From Chloracidobacterium sp. (GTDB lineage Bacteria > Acidobacteriota > Blastocatellia > Pyrinomonadales > Pyrinomonadaceae), in contig JAYVUD010000266.1 in assembly GCA_043788335.1 (NCBI GenBank), positions 1,332 through 65,331 of the forward strand: a DNA stretch of 64,000 bases, written 5' to 3'. The notes under the pieces were generated by a model, which saw nothing but the letters and a program-made list of their open reading frames with translations, was not told where the DNA came from and searched no databases. Each line of letters starts with the position of its first letter. Positions within the stretch are counted from its first letter, which is position 1. The translations under genes were made by a program, and so were the position numbers. Below are positions 47,465-56,787 of this stretch, piece by piece.

Positions 47465-47465
47465 T

Positions 47466-50156
47466 TCAGAGTCTCGTATTCCGCAGCCTCAGGGCGTTCG
47501 ATATTACGGAGACCGAACTAAATGTCATTGCGAGGCTGGCGATCATGGGCGAGAGCAGAATGCCGAGGACCGGGAACAGCACGCCCGCCGCTATCGGGAC
47601 GCCGACGGCATTGTAGACGAACGCGAAAAAAAGATTTTGCCGGATGTTTCGCATCGTCGAACGGCTGAGATTCAGTGCTTTCAGAATGCCGTCAAGGTCC
47701 GGTTTGAGCAGCGTAATATCGGCCGATTCGATCGCGACGTCGGTTCCGCTCGCGAACGCGATGCCGACATTTGCCTGTGCCAGGGCCGGCGCGTCATTGA
47801 CGCCGTCGCCGGCCATCGCGACGATCTTGCCGGCAGATTGCAGTTCCTTGACCCTCGCGGCCTTGTCCCCGGGCATTACGCCGGCAAATACCTGATCGAT
47901 GCCTAGTTGTTTTGCGACGGCTTCGGCGGTCGTCTTGTTATCGCCGGTCATCATCACGACTTCGATTTTTTGGCGGTGGAGTTCGTCGATCGCGGCTTTG
48001 GCGGAAGGTTTTATCGCATCGGCGATGCCGATGATGCCGGCGGGTTGGCCGTCGATGGTGACGAAGATGATGGTTTGTCCACCGGAGCGTGATTCGTCGA
48101 CCACCGAGCCCGGGCCGCCCGCTGACGCAGGCGGTTCTGACCCGATCGCGATATCGCGGCCGTTGATACGGCCGTTCACGCCAACACCTGTTATCGAGGC
48201 GAAGTTTTCGACTCGCATCAATGCAAGTCCGCGTTTGTTTGCTTCGGCGACCACGGCGGCGGCCAGCGGATGTTCGCTGAGTTTTTCGAGGCTCGCGGAG
48301 ATACTAATTATCTCGTTCTCATCGAAACCGTCGGCGGCAAATACGTTTTGGACCACGGGTTTGCCTTCGGTCAGCGTGCCCGTTTTATCGACGACCATGA
48401 CATTGACCTTTTCGAGTGTTTCGAGAGCCTCGGCCTTTTTGATGAGGACGCCGTTTTTGGCTCCGTGGCCGGTGCCAACCATTATCGACATAGGCGTGGC
48501 GAGGCCGAGTGCACAGGGGCAGGCGATGATCAGGACCGAGACGGCCGCGACGACCGCGTAACCGAGACTGCCCAGCAGGAGCCAAGCGACGAACGCGATG
48601 ACGGCAGCGGCAATGACCGCCGGGACAAAGTACGCCGAAACGCTGTCAGCAAGACGCTGGATCGGGGCACGGCTTCGCTGGGCTTCGCCCACCATTTTCA
48701 CGATCTGGGCGAGCAAAGTGTCGCTGCCGACACGGTCCGCACGCATCGTAAATGAGCGGTTGCCGTTTATCGTGCCGCCGATGACCTTGGCTCCGGCCGT
48801 TTTCTCGACTGGCATCGATTCGCCCGTGACCATCGATTCGTCGATCGAGGTATTGCCCTCGATGATCTCGCCGTCGGTCGGAACCTTTTCATTTGCTTTG
48901 ACCCGCAGCGTTTGCCCGGCGGTGACGTGGCGGAGATCGATGGTTTCTTCTCGGCCGTCGGTGTGAATAACCGTCGCGTTCTCAGGGGCAAGCCGCAGCA
49001 GTTCCTTGATCGCACTCGATGTCTGCGAGCGGGCACGAAGTTCGAGTACCTGCCCGAGCAATACGAGCGTCGTGATGACCGCCGCCGACTCGAAATATGC
49101 GGGTATCAACCCCGTGTGTGCGTCACGCATCGCGGCCGGAAATATGCCGGGTGCAATCAGCGCAGCGTCGCTCAAAATGTACGCTGCCGCCGTACCGATC
49201 CCGATCAGCGTGAACATATTCGGGCTCTTGTTCCTGATCGACGCGACGGCACGGACGAAAAATGGCCATCCGCCCCACCAAACGACCGGCGTGGCGAAAA
49301 CGAACTGAATCCACAGCGAGACCCGCGGCGGCACCATCTCGTGAAACCACATAAACATCCCGCCCATCGCCAGCACGAAAACCGGCACGGTCAGTACGGC
49401 AGAGACGGTGAAACGCCGCTTCATATCCAGGAATTCCGGATCGGGGCGGTCATCGAGCGTGATCTCTTTGGGTTCGAGCGCCATGCCGCAGACCGGGCAG
49501 ACGCCGGGGCCGATCTGGACGATCTCGGGATCCATCGGGCAGGTGTATTCGACATCGAGCGGCAGGTCCGCGGGTTCGGCCGGGTTCAGGTATTTTTCCG
49601 GGTCGGCTGCAAATTTATCGCGGCAGCCAACGGTGCAGAAATAGTATTTTGTGCCCTCGTATTCGTGAGTGCCGGCAGCGGTTTCGGCCGCGACCGTCAT
49701 TCCGCAGACGGGGTCGAGATGCGTGCCGCCTGCGTCCGACGCCATGTCCTCGTCCTTGGCGCGTGTTCGCCCCAATTGGACGAAACCGGACGCCGTCGCC
49801 GGGTCATCTATCTGCTTGCGGTATTTTTCAAGGCATCCCGTGCAGCAGAAATAGTAGGTCACGCCATTGTGTTCGAGAGAACCGGCGGCCGTTTCGGGCC
49901 TGACGAGCATTTTGCAGATCGGGTCGATGTGGGTGCCTTCGGCATCGGCACGCATTTCTTCGGCAGTGACTCGCTTTCGGCTAAGTTGAACAAGGCCGGA
50001 GGCCGCCGGAGCGGGAACGGCGATCTGTTTTTTGTATTTTTCGAGACATCCGAGGCCGCAAAAGTAGACGGTCGTACCGTCGTGTTCCAGTTTTCCGGCG
50101 GCTTTTTCGGGATCTACGGTCATTCCGCAGATCGGGTCGATAAATTTCTCGTTCAT
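47466..50156 (-). CDS. copA: copper-translocating P1B-type ATPase with three YHS/TRASH modules and one CPxCG zinc-ribbon-like module
   Basis: Three repeats of DP(I/V)CxM.V.....AG..E..G..YYFC..GC..K(Y/F), then [22 protein letters not shown]. Also CPC ([13 protein letters not shown]), [15 protein letters not shown]. Confidence 0.95.
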   Translation of the reverse strand: MNEKFIDPICGMTVDPEKAAGKLEHDGTTVYFCGLGCLEKYKKQIAVPAPAASGLVQLSRKRVTAEEMRADAEGTHIDPICKMLVRPETAAGSLEHNGVTYYFCCTGCLEKYRKQIDDPATASGFVQLGRTRAKDEDMASDAGGTHLDPVCGMTVAAETAAGTHEYEGTKYYFCTVGCRDKFAADPEKYLNPAEPADLPLDVEYTCPMDPEIVQIGPGVCPVCGMALEPKEITLDDRPDPEFLDMKRRFTVSAVLTVPVFVLAMGGMFMWFHEMVPPRVSLWIQFVFATPVVWWGGWPFFVRAVASIRNKSPNMFTLIGIGTAAAYILSDAALIAPGIFPAAMRDAHTGLIPAYFESAAVITTLVLLGQVLELRARSQTSSAIKELLRLAPENATVIHTDGREETIDLRHVTAGQTLRVKANEKVPTDGEIIEGNTSIDESMVTGESMPVEKTAGAKVIGGTINGNRSFTMRADRVGSDTLLAQIVKMVGEAQRSRAPIQRLADSVSAYFVPAVIAAAVIAFVAWLLLGSLGYAVVAAVSVLIIACPCALGLATPMSIMVGTGHGAKNGVLIKKAEALETLEKVNVMVVDKTGTLTEGKPVVQNVFAADGFDENEIISISASLEKLSEHPLAAAVVAEANKRGLALMRVENFASITGVGVNGRINGRDIAIGSEPPASAGGPGSVVDESRSGGQTIIFVTIDGQPAGIIGIADAIKPSAKAAIDELHRQKIEVVMMTGDNKTTAEAVAKQLGIDQVFAGVMPGDKAARVKELQSAGKIVAMAGDGVNDAPALAQANVGIAFASGTDVAIESADITLLKPDLDGILKALNLSRSTMRNIRQNLFFAFVYNAVGVPIAAGVLFPVLGILLSPMIASLAMTFSSVSVISNALRLRNTRL

Positions 50157-50179
50157 AGTGATTCCAACCTCTGGAATCG

Positions 50180-50211
50180 ATTATACAACCTATGAGCAGG
50201 TGTCAGGTCAA
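50180..50211 (-). promoter_or_regulatory. candidate MerR-type promoter TTGACC-N20-TATAAT upstream of copA
   Basis: The minus strand reads cgcTTGACCtgacacctgctcataggttgTATAAT. The overlong spacer carries an imperfect dyad ACCTGA..TCAtAGGT. The -35 element overlaps the regulator's stop codon. A 7-bp inverted repeat GATTCCA-gaggt-TGGAATC (50160..50178) covers the copA ribosome-binding site. Confidence 0.4.
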
Positions 50212-50630
50212 GCGGTGTGCTCGTCGGCGGCAAACGATTCGATCAAATGGCAGACCGAATGGCCGTCAGGTTCGGCATTGTCCATCGTCTGCCACAGTTT
50301 GGCGGCAGATTCGAGCCGGGTTTGGAGACGTTTGAGCTCCTTGATCTTTTGACGGTTTTCTTCGATCCGTTTTTCAACTATGTCGCGAACCATCGGGCAC
50401 GGCGAATCGCTGTGAGCCGAGTGCCCCAAGATATCTTCGATCTCGGCGAGAGTAAATCCAAGCTCCTTGGCGGATGCGATGAATTTGAGACGGTCCTTGT
50501 CCGATTGTTTGTAGATCTTGTATCCGTTACGCAGATCTCTCGTTGGATTAAGCAGGCCGATACGGGTGTAATAGCGGACGGTGAACAGCGGGACGTTCGA
50601 GCGTTTTGCGAGTACAGCAGCAGTCAACAT
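50208..50630 (-). CDS. MerR-family metal-responsive transcriptional regulator (CueR/HmrR-like)
   Basis: HTH region AAVLAKRSNVPLFTVRYYTRIGLL, a coiled-coil dimerisation helix, and C-terminal Cys/His residues (HSDSPCP...GHSVCH). Confidence 0.85.
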   Translation of the reverse strand: MLTAAVLAKRSNVPLFTVRYYTRIGLLNPTRDLRNGYKIYKQSDKDRLKFIASAKELGFTLAEIEDILGHSAHSDSPCPMVRDIVEKRIEENRQKIKELKRLQTRLESAAKLWQTMDNAEPDGHSVCHLIESFAADEHTA

Positions 50631-50905
50631 GATCAGAAATGCGTCGACCCGCGAAAAGACGAACCGACCGCGGTCAACACGATTAAAAATATTTTATCAT
50701 TTGCACGATCTTTTTTGGAATACGCTGGCGATTCTGCGTTTTACTTTATTGGTAGAAGATCCATTTGGGTCCTCGACCGCCAAATTTGATATCGCGAAAC
50801 ATGATTTCGCACCTTAACCGAAAAGGCAAACACTCGAACTACCGGGTGTACGCAAAGCCGCAGAACCGTTGAAAAACGGAGCGTCCGGCTGCCGAAGTGA
50901 GGTCT

Positions 50906-51496
50906 ATGAAGAGAATCGCCATCGCCATTTTGGGCATGCTCGCCGTGTTTGCGAGCGTCGCAGTCGCTCAAACCAATAATTTTCAAGAACCGTCGTCTGT
51001 AAATGTCGCCGTCCAAAATGACGGGACCGGATACTCGCGTCCGCGTGTCGTCGAGACCAAGGCGGCCGAGGTCAAGGCCTCGGTCATCGTCAACACCGCG
51101 TCGGTTGAGCGGATCGCTTTCGAGATGCTCAACCAAAAACGTGCCGAGAACGGACTCAAAGCGTTGACCTGGAGCGACGACCTTGAGGCGATCGCCCGAC
51201 GGCATTCGCAGGATATGGCGGACAATAAATATTTCAGCCACCGCAGCCTCGACGGAGCGATGGTCAGCGACCGGGCAGATCGCACAGGCCTCAATAAATG
51301 GCGTGCTATCGGTGAAAACATCGCGTTCAACCGCGGTTATAAAGACCCGATCGAGGTCGCGGTGAAATTATGGATGGAATCGACGGGCCACCGACACAAC
51401 CTTTTGGGTGACAATTGGCGTGAATCGGCGATCGGTGTCGCCATCGCGGCGGACGGTTCGTACTATTTCACACAGGTTTTTTTACAAAGAAAATAA
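50906..51496 (+). CDS. CAP/SCP/PR1-like (YkwD-type) secreted protein
   Basis: Signal peptide; LNQKRAENGLKALTWSDDLEAIARRHSQDMADNKYFSH..., GHRHNLL. I prefer ATG 50906 over GTG 50897. Confidence 0.8.
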   Translation: MKRIAIAILGMLAVFASVAVAQTNNFQEPSSVNVAVQNDGTGYSRPRVVETKAAEVKASVIVNTASVERIAFEMLNQKRAENGLKALTWSDDLEAIARRHSQDMADNKYFSHRSLDGAMVSDRADRTGLNKWRAIGENIAFNRGYKDPIEVAVKLWMESTGHRHNLLGDNWRESAIGVAIAADGSYYFTQVFLQRK

Positions 51497-51619
51497 CTTT
51501 TCCGAACGCGGGTGGGCGCGGGTAGGAAAAAGGGCCTTTGCGGATCAAATTTGGTGGCCGCAAAGGCCCTTTTGCTTTAACTTCTTGCCCGACACGTCCG
51601 GGTTCTCTATGCTAGAGCG

Positions 51620-52516
51620 GTGCATACCTCGTTTTCATTGCCGTCGTTCGCCAAGGTCAATCTGTACCTGCGTGTGCTCGGCAAACGCGACGACGGATAC
51701 CACGAACTCTGTACGGTGTTTCAGACCGTCTCGCTGCACGATACATTGGCGTTCGAAGAAAGCGATGAACTTGAACTGACGTGTGATGACGAGCGTGTGC
51801 CGACCGACGAGAGCAATCTGATCATGCGGGCAGCGAGGGCTTTGCAGGAAATGACAGGCCGGCCCGTGACCGGAAAAGTGCACCTGACCAAACGCATACC
51901 GTCACCCGGCGGCCTCGGCGGCGGTTCGTCGAATGCCTTTGCGGCGATAGTCGGCTTGGGCAGACTCTGCGGGCTTGGGCCAGTTTCGGCTCCCGAAATG
52001 AGAGGCCTGGCGGCCGAGCTTGGGGCTGATGTTCCGTTCTTTCTATACGGCGGTACGGCGGTCGGCACGGGGCGGGGCGATCACATTTTGCCGCGTTCCG
52101 AAGACGTCAAGGCGGAAAATATACTGATCGTTACGCCCGACGCGCACGTGTCGACGGCTGAGGCATTCGCCGCCTTGAACGCTCGCACCTTGACATCAGG
52201 TGAGCAAAAACATAATCTTACTGTTTGCCGAAACGAAGCAGAGTCCCTAGATCTGCGACATTCGGTATTGATAAACGATTTCGAACGCTCGGTTTTTGCG
52301 GCCCATCCGGAGATCGGAGAGGCCAAAGAGGCGTTGCTAGAGCTTGGTGCCGTCAATGCACTGCTCAGCGGTAGCGGAGCGAGCGTATTTGGGATTTTTG
52401 ACAAAGAAGAGACACGGCAAACAGCTATGAAAGCCCTTGATATTAGATCAACCTGGCGAACGTTTGCCGTAGCAGCCATTTCGCGGGCCGAGTACCGCGA
52501 TGCGTTTCGACGTTAG
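51620..52516 (+). CDS. ispE: 4-diphosphocytidyl-2-C-methyl-D-erythritol kinase
   Basis: PSFAKVNLYLRVLGKRDDGYHEL and the GHMP motif PSPGGLGGGSSNA. Confidence 0.9.
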   Translation: MHTSFSLPSFAKVNLYLRVLGKRDDGYHELCTVFQTVSLHDTLAFEESDELELTCDDERVPTDESNLIMRAARALQEMTGRPVTGKVHLTKRIPSPGGLGGGSSNAFAAIVGLGRLCGLGPVSAPEMRGLAAELGADVPFFLYGGTAVGTGRGDHILPRSEDVKAENILIVTPDAHVSTAEAFAALNARTLTSGEQKHNLTVCRNEAESLDLRHSVLINDFERSVFAAHPEIGEAKEALLELGAVNALLSGSGASVFGIFDKEETRQTAMKALDIRSTWRTFAVAAISRAEYRDAFRR

Positions 52517-52547
52517 GGCTGCTTCCGATCAGTTTCTGAAATAGCAT

Positions 52548-52622
52548 TGGGGCGTAGCCAAGTGGTAAGGCACCGGTCTTTGGATCCGGCATTCGTAGGT
52601 TCGAGTCCTCCCGCCCCAGCCA
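52548..52622 (+). tRNA. tRNA-Gln (anticodon TTG)
   Basis: Hand-folded cloverleaf. Acceptor stem TGGGGCG/CGCCCCA, anticodon loop CTTTGGA, T-loop TTCGAGT, encoded CCA. Close to my memory of E. coli tRNA-Gln. There are two stem mismatches (31:39 U-U, 50:64 U-C). Confidence 0.9.
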
Positions 52623-52636
52623 TTTGTGATACCGAA

Positions 52637-52678
52637 ACGGCCAGTCTCTATTTCTGAGACGGGCCGTTTTTATTTTTT
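52637..52678 (+). terminator. intrinsic terminator after tRNA-Gln
   Basis: ACGGCCAGTCTC (52637..52648) pairs with GAGACGGGCCGT (52656..52667) at 11 of 12 positions, followed by TTTTTATTTTTT. Confidence 0.7.
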
Positions 52679-52699
52679 GAGATCTGATATCCGAATAGC

Positions 52700-53656
52700 A
52701 TGAGCGTAGCGGGAAAAGTTAAAGTGTTTTCGGGCAATGCCCATCGGGAACTCGCCGAGGAGATATGCCGTGCACTCGACCTTGAATTGGGCAAGGCGAG
52801 CACCGAACGGTTTTCAGACGGCGAATTTAACTTTCAGATCGGCGAAAACGTACGTGGCTCAGACGTGTTTATCGTCCAGCCGACGTGTCCGCCGACCGAC
52901 CGCCATTTGATGGAACTGCTGATCATGATCGACACGTTCGTTCGTGCATCGGCCGAACGCGTGACGGCGGTCATTCCATATTTCGGCTACGCCCGAGCGG
53001 ACAAGAAAGACCGTCCGCGTGTGCCGATCGCTGCAAAGTTGGTTGCCAATCTGCTGACCAAGGCAGGTGCACAGCGGATACTGACCATCGATCTGCACGC
53101 CTCGCAGATACAAGGTTTTTTTGATATTCCGGTCGACCATCTGTATGCGGCTCCGATCGTTGTGGACTATTTCCGCAACAACCCGATCGAGAACCTGATC
53201 GTCGTCGCACCCGACACCGGCGGGGCCGAGCGGGCCAGAGCGTATGCGAAGCGTCTCGACGCGGGGCTTGCACTTTGCGATAAACGCCGCGAACGAGCCA
53301 ATGAGGCTGACGTGATGAACATCGTCGGCGACGTCTCGGGCAAAAACTGCCTGATCATCGACGATATGTGCGATACCGGCGGCACGATATGCAAAGTCGC
53401 GGCGGCACTGCATAAGGCGGGAGCAAACGAGATCTCTGCGTGCTTTACGCACGGCGTCCTCTCGGGCAAGGCGGTAGAGAATATCAGTAGTTCGCATCTG
53501 AAAAAGGTCATCGTGACCAATACGATCCCGATCCGGGACAACGGAATACCGTTGGTCGCAGGCGGCAAAATCGAAATTTTGAGCGTCGCCAAGCTGTTGG
53601 CTTCGGCGATCAAATCGATCCACGACGAGACGAGCGTCTCGTCACTGTTTATTTAA
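52700..53656 (+). CDS. prs: ribose-phosphate pyrophosphokinase
   Basis: VKVFSGNAHRELAEEI, YFGYARADKK, and the PRPP loop CLIIDDMCDTGGT. Confidence 0.95.
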   Translation: MSVAGKVKVFSGNAHRELAEEICRALDLELGKASTERFSDGEFNFQIGENVRGSDVFIVQPTCPPTDRHLMELLIMIDTFVRASAERVTAVIPYFGYARADKKDRPRVPIAAKLVANLLTKAGAQRILTIDLHASQIQGFFDIPVDHLYAAPIVVDYFRNNPIENLIVVAPDTGGAERARAYAKRLDAGLALCDKRRERANEADVMNIVGDVSGKNCLIIDDMCDTGGTICKVAAALHKAGANEISACFTHGVLSGKAVENISSSHLKKVIVTNTIPIRDNGIPLVAGGKIEILSVAKLLASAIKSIHDETSVSSLFI

Positions 53657-53675
53657 TAGAGACACTAGGTGAGTT

Positions 53676-54314
53676 ATGGCAGAAAAAATATTGGTTAAGG
53701 CAGTTAAGCGTGACACACGCGGCAAAAACGAGAACCGACGCCTGCGAGTGGCCGGCAAGATCCCGATCGTTGTCTATGGCGGCGGTTCGACCGCTCTCGC
53801 AGCAACGGCGGATCTCAAGGACCTCGCGGCTATCATCCGTACTGACTCGGGCGTGAACACGCTCTTCTCTCTCGACATCGAGGGCGAAGGCATCAACGAC
53901 GTCATTTTTCAGGCTCGTCAGATCGATCCGGTCAGAGGCCGTCTCATCCACGCCGATCTCCGCCGCTTTTCGAAGGGCGAGAAGATCGAAATGACGGTTC
54001 CGATCCGCCTGATCGGCCATCCGGCCGGTCTCAACGAAGAGGGGGCAGTTTTGACCCAGGCACTTCGCGAGATCAAAGTGATGTGCGAACCGAAGAACAC
54101 TCCGGATGCGATCGACGTCGATATTTCGGAAATGGCTGTGGGACACGCTATACACGTTGCGGATCTCAAGGTCGGCGAGGGCATCGAATTGCTCGAACCT
54201 GCCGATGCGGTCGTTGCTTCGATCGCCAGCATTAAGGAATCGGATCTCGAGCCGCAGCTTGAAACCGGTGTCGCACCCGAAGTTGTCGGCGAGCCTGACG
54301 AAACCGAAGAATAG
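53676..54314 (+). CDS. rplY: 50S ribosomal protein L25 / general stress protein Ctc
   Basis: RDTRGKNENRRLRVAGKIPIVVYG and an acidic C-terminal extension. It sits in the conserved prs-ctc-pth context. Confidence 0.9.
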   Translation: MAEKILVKAVKRDTRGKNENRRLRVAGKIPIVVYGGGSTALAATADLKDLAAIIRTDSGVNTLFSLDIEGEGINDVIFQARQIDPVRGRLIHADLRRFSKGEKIEMTVPIRLIGHPAGLNEEGAVLTQALREIKVMCEPKNTPDAIDVDISEMAVGHAIHVADLKVGEGIELLEPADAVVASIASIKESDLEPQLETGVAPEVVGEPDETEE

Positions 54315-54353
54315 TCCGGAGGCGTCACCATTTGTCGGTGCCCGATGTGAGCG

Positions 54354-54932
54354 ATGATGGAAACGCCTGACAGCAATTGGCTGATCGTCGGACTCGGTAA
54401 CCCGGGGCCTGAGTACAGGGACACGCGGCACAACGTTGGCTTTAGGCTGGCGGATCTGCTCGCGGAACGTTTCCAGACGCAGATCCGGCGTGAGGAATGT
54501 CGGGCACTCATTGGACGAGCGGTGATAGCCGGCCGAACGGCGGAGATCGCAAAGCCGCAGACCTATATGAACCTCAGCGGCGAGGCAGTTAGCTGTCTCG
54601 TCGCAAAAGAGGTGAGGTCGGTTGAAAAGTTGATCGTGATCTCGGACGACCTGGCGTTGCCGTACGGTACGATCAGGATCAGGCCGAAGGGAAGTCACGG
54701 CGGCCAGAACGGGCTGAGGTCGATCATCGATCGTTTGAAAACGCAGGAGTTCATTCGTTTGCGGATCGGCATTGGGCCGGAGCATGAGGTTCGCGACGCG
54801 GCAAATTTTGTTCTTGATCGGTTTACTAAGGCCGAGTCCGGAACACTTGACAAGGTACTTGATAATGCCGCGGACGCCGTCGAAACGATCATCGGCGATG
54901 GTGTCGAAGCGGCGATGGCACGGTTTAATTGA
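54354..54932 (+). CDS. pth: peptidyl-tRNA hydrolase
   Basis: LIVGLGNPGPEYRDTRHNVGF and HGGQNGLRSI. Confidence 0.95.
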   Translation: MMETPDSNWLIVGLGNPGPEYRDTRHNVGFRLADLLAERFQTQIRREECRALIGRAVIAGRTAEIAKPQTYMNLSGEAVSCLVAKEVRSVEKLIVISDDLALPYGTIRIRPKGSHGGQNGLRSIIDRLKTQEFIRLRIGIGPEHEVRDAANFVLDRFTKAESGTLDKVLDNAADAVETIIGDGVEAAMARFN

Positions 54933-55086
54933 TTTTGGAATTTAGATAATGGATTTTGGATCTCGACCGCTAGATCGAATCGATCGAGCAGTCGCAAATC
55001 CTAAATCCAAAAATCAAAAATGGAACAGATCCTTACTTCATCTCAAAGCAGGTGAGGTTGGCAACCCGAAAGGAGATAGGAAATAA

Positions 55087-55485
55087 ATGGCTATTAGAAC
55101 ATACGAAGTAATGTATATCATCAATCCGGACACGGATGGTGAAAAGATCGAGAAGCTGAACGAAGCTGTCAGCAAGCTCATCGAGAAAGAAGGCGGCGAG
55201 GTTGTCCGCCTGGACAATGTCGGCATCCGCAATCTCGCGTATCCGATCCAAAAGAAATACGAGGGGCACTATGTGCTGTTCGAGGTCAACGGCACCGGCC
55301 AGGAGATCCTCGAACTCGAACGACGCATGCGCGTTAATGACCTGATCATGCGTTATATCACCGTCCGCGTTGATGAGGACCGCAAGGCGGCCGACAAACG
55401 TATGGCGAAGCGCGAAGCAAAGGCTGAAAAACGAGCTAAGTTCCGCCCGTCGGCCGAATCTACGGAGGCAGAGGCCGAAGCCTAA
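55087..55485 (+). CDS. rpsF: 30S ribosomal protein S6
   Basis: RTYEVMYIINPD...NLAYPIQK..EGHYVLF, with a basic/acidic tail. Confidence 0.95.
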   Translation: MAIRTYEVMYIINPDTDGEKIEKLNEAVSKLIEKEGGEVVRLDNVGIRNLAYPIQKKYEGHYVLFEVNGTGQEILELERRMRVNDLIMRYITVRVDEDRKAADKRMAKREAKAEKRAKFRPSAESTEAEAEA

Positions 55486-55509
55486 TCGGCGTCGGATAAG
55501 GAGAAAGTT

Positions 55510-55794
55510 ATGGCAGAAAAAGAAATTGAAATAATGAATGACCGAGACCTCGGCGTTGGCGAGGACGTCATTGGCGATCGGCCCCGCCGCCCGTTTCAGC
55601 GTCGCCGTCCGCGTCAGGTCGTGCCGGACTATGTCGATTGGAAAGACGTCGATTTTTTGAGGCAGTTCGTGCCTGAGCGCGGCAAAATTATGCCGAGGCG
55701 CATTTCGGGCATCACCGCAAAGGATCAGAGACGTATCGCTCAGGCGATCAAGCGTGCCCGTTCGATGGCAATGCTGCCGTTCGTCGCGGACTAA
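55510..55794 (+). CDS. rpsR: 30S ribosomal protein S18
   Basis: [52 protein letters not shown]. Confidence 0.95.
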   Translation: MAEKEIEIMNDRDLGVGEDVIGDRPRRPFQRRRPRQVVPDYVDWKDVDFLRQFVPERGKIMPRRISGITAKDQRRIAQAIKRARSMAMLPFVAD

Positions 55795-55908
55795 TGCTAA
55801 GGCCCGAGCGTCAGCAAGGGCGTAACATTCAACATGCGTATTACGCCCTTGCTTCGCGCTTGGGCCTAAGCAACGCGGTATGAAATGCCGCATCAGGAGA
55901 TTTTTATC

Positions 55909-56415
55909 ATGGCAAATACTACTATTTTATTGCGCGAGGACATTGAGCATGTCGGCGGACGCGGCGAGATCGTCAAGGTCAGTGCCGGTTACGCCCGCAA
56001 CTACCTGCTGCCGCAGGGTTTTGCGACGCTCGCGACCAAAGGAAACATCAAACAGATCGAGCAGGAGCGTGCGGCTCTGCTCAAACGGGCAGCTATCGAA
56101 AAGGCGACCGCCGAGGCTCAGAAGGAGCAGATGGAGAGCATCGCTCTGCGTTTCGAACGCAAATCGGGCGATCACGGACATCTCTTTGGTTCGGTCACGT
56201 CGATCGATATTGCTGACGCTCTCAAGGCGAAAGGCTACGAGATCGACCGCCGCCGGATCATCCTCAAGGATCCGATCAAAGACACCGGCGAATATACGGT
56301 CAACGTTAAACTTCATCGCGAAGTCACGCTGTCGGTGCCGGTAACCGTTGCCGCCGAAGGTGCGGAACCGGTCGAGGCTGCAGCACCGGAAGCCGCAGTC
56401 GAAGAAGCAGCGTAA
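55909..56415 (+). CDS. rplI: 50S ribosomal protein L9
   Basis: ILLREDIEHVGGRGEIVKVSAGYARNYLLPQGFA. ATG 55909 has AGGAGA upstream. Confidence 0.93.
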   Translation: MANTTILLREDIEHVGGRGEIVKVSAGYARNYLLPQGFATLATKGNIKQIEQERAALLKRAAIEKATAEAQKEQMESIALRFERKSGDHGHLFGSVTSIDIADALKAKGYEIDRRRIILKDPIKDTGEYTVNVKLHREVTLSVPVTVAAEGAEPVEAAAPEAAVEEAA

Positions 56416-56477
56416 ACGCGTCCGACGAACTTTGGTTCGTCGACGTCGCTCGGTTACAAGTAATCAGATCATTAGCT

Positions 56478-56512
56478 CGAAGTGCCGTCGAACACGGTAC
56501 TTCGGGCTTTTG
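56478..56512 (+). terminator. intrinsic terminator after rplI
   Basis: CGAAGTGCCG (56478..56487) pairs with CGGTACTTCG (56495..56504; one G-U pair), followed by GGCTTTTG. A second 8-bp hairpin lies at 56423..56442. Confidence 0.6.
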
Positions 56513-56583
56513 TGAATTTTTACGGAAGGTTTTAATTTCAAATTGTGGCGAATCAAGTTAAACTTGTTTTCCAGAGGTAGACT

Positions 56584-56787
56584 ATGACTGTAGCCAGTGA
56601 ACAATTTGTTGTCGATGCGACCGGGCACCGAAATGCAGTCCTGATCGGGATGGAACGATACTCTGAATTGATGGCTGCCGAGGAAGAACTTGACTGTATT
56701 CGAGCGTTCGACGAGGCTAAGTCAGCCGATGACGTGGCAATTCCATTTCTGCAGGCGGTGAAAGAGATCGAGGGTCGGCGTGAATGA
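56584..56787 (+). CDS. type II antitoxin (Phd/YefM-like)
   Basis: 67 aa, acidic C-terminal half, and an ATGA overlap with the downstream toxin gene. Confidence 0.75.
   Translation: MTVASEQFVVDATGHRNAVLIGMERYSELMAAEEELDCIRAFDEAKSADDVAIPFLQAVKEIEGRRE

Noticed and set aside
48912-50195. A 427-aa plus-strand ORF.
   Set aside because: It lies antisense to copA and is Arg/Gly/Asp-rich.
53649-54785. A 378-aa minus-strand ORF. A 286-aa ORF at 55033..55893 is a similar case.
   Set aside because: Both lie antisense to rplY/pth and rpsF/rpsR, which are certain. They are compositional artefacts.
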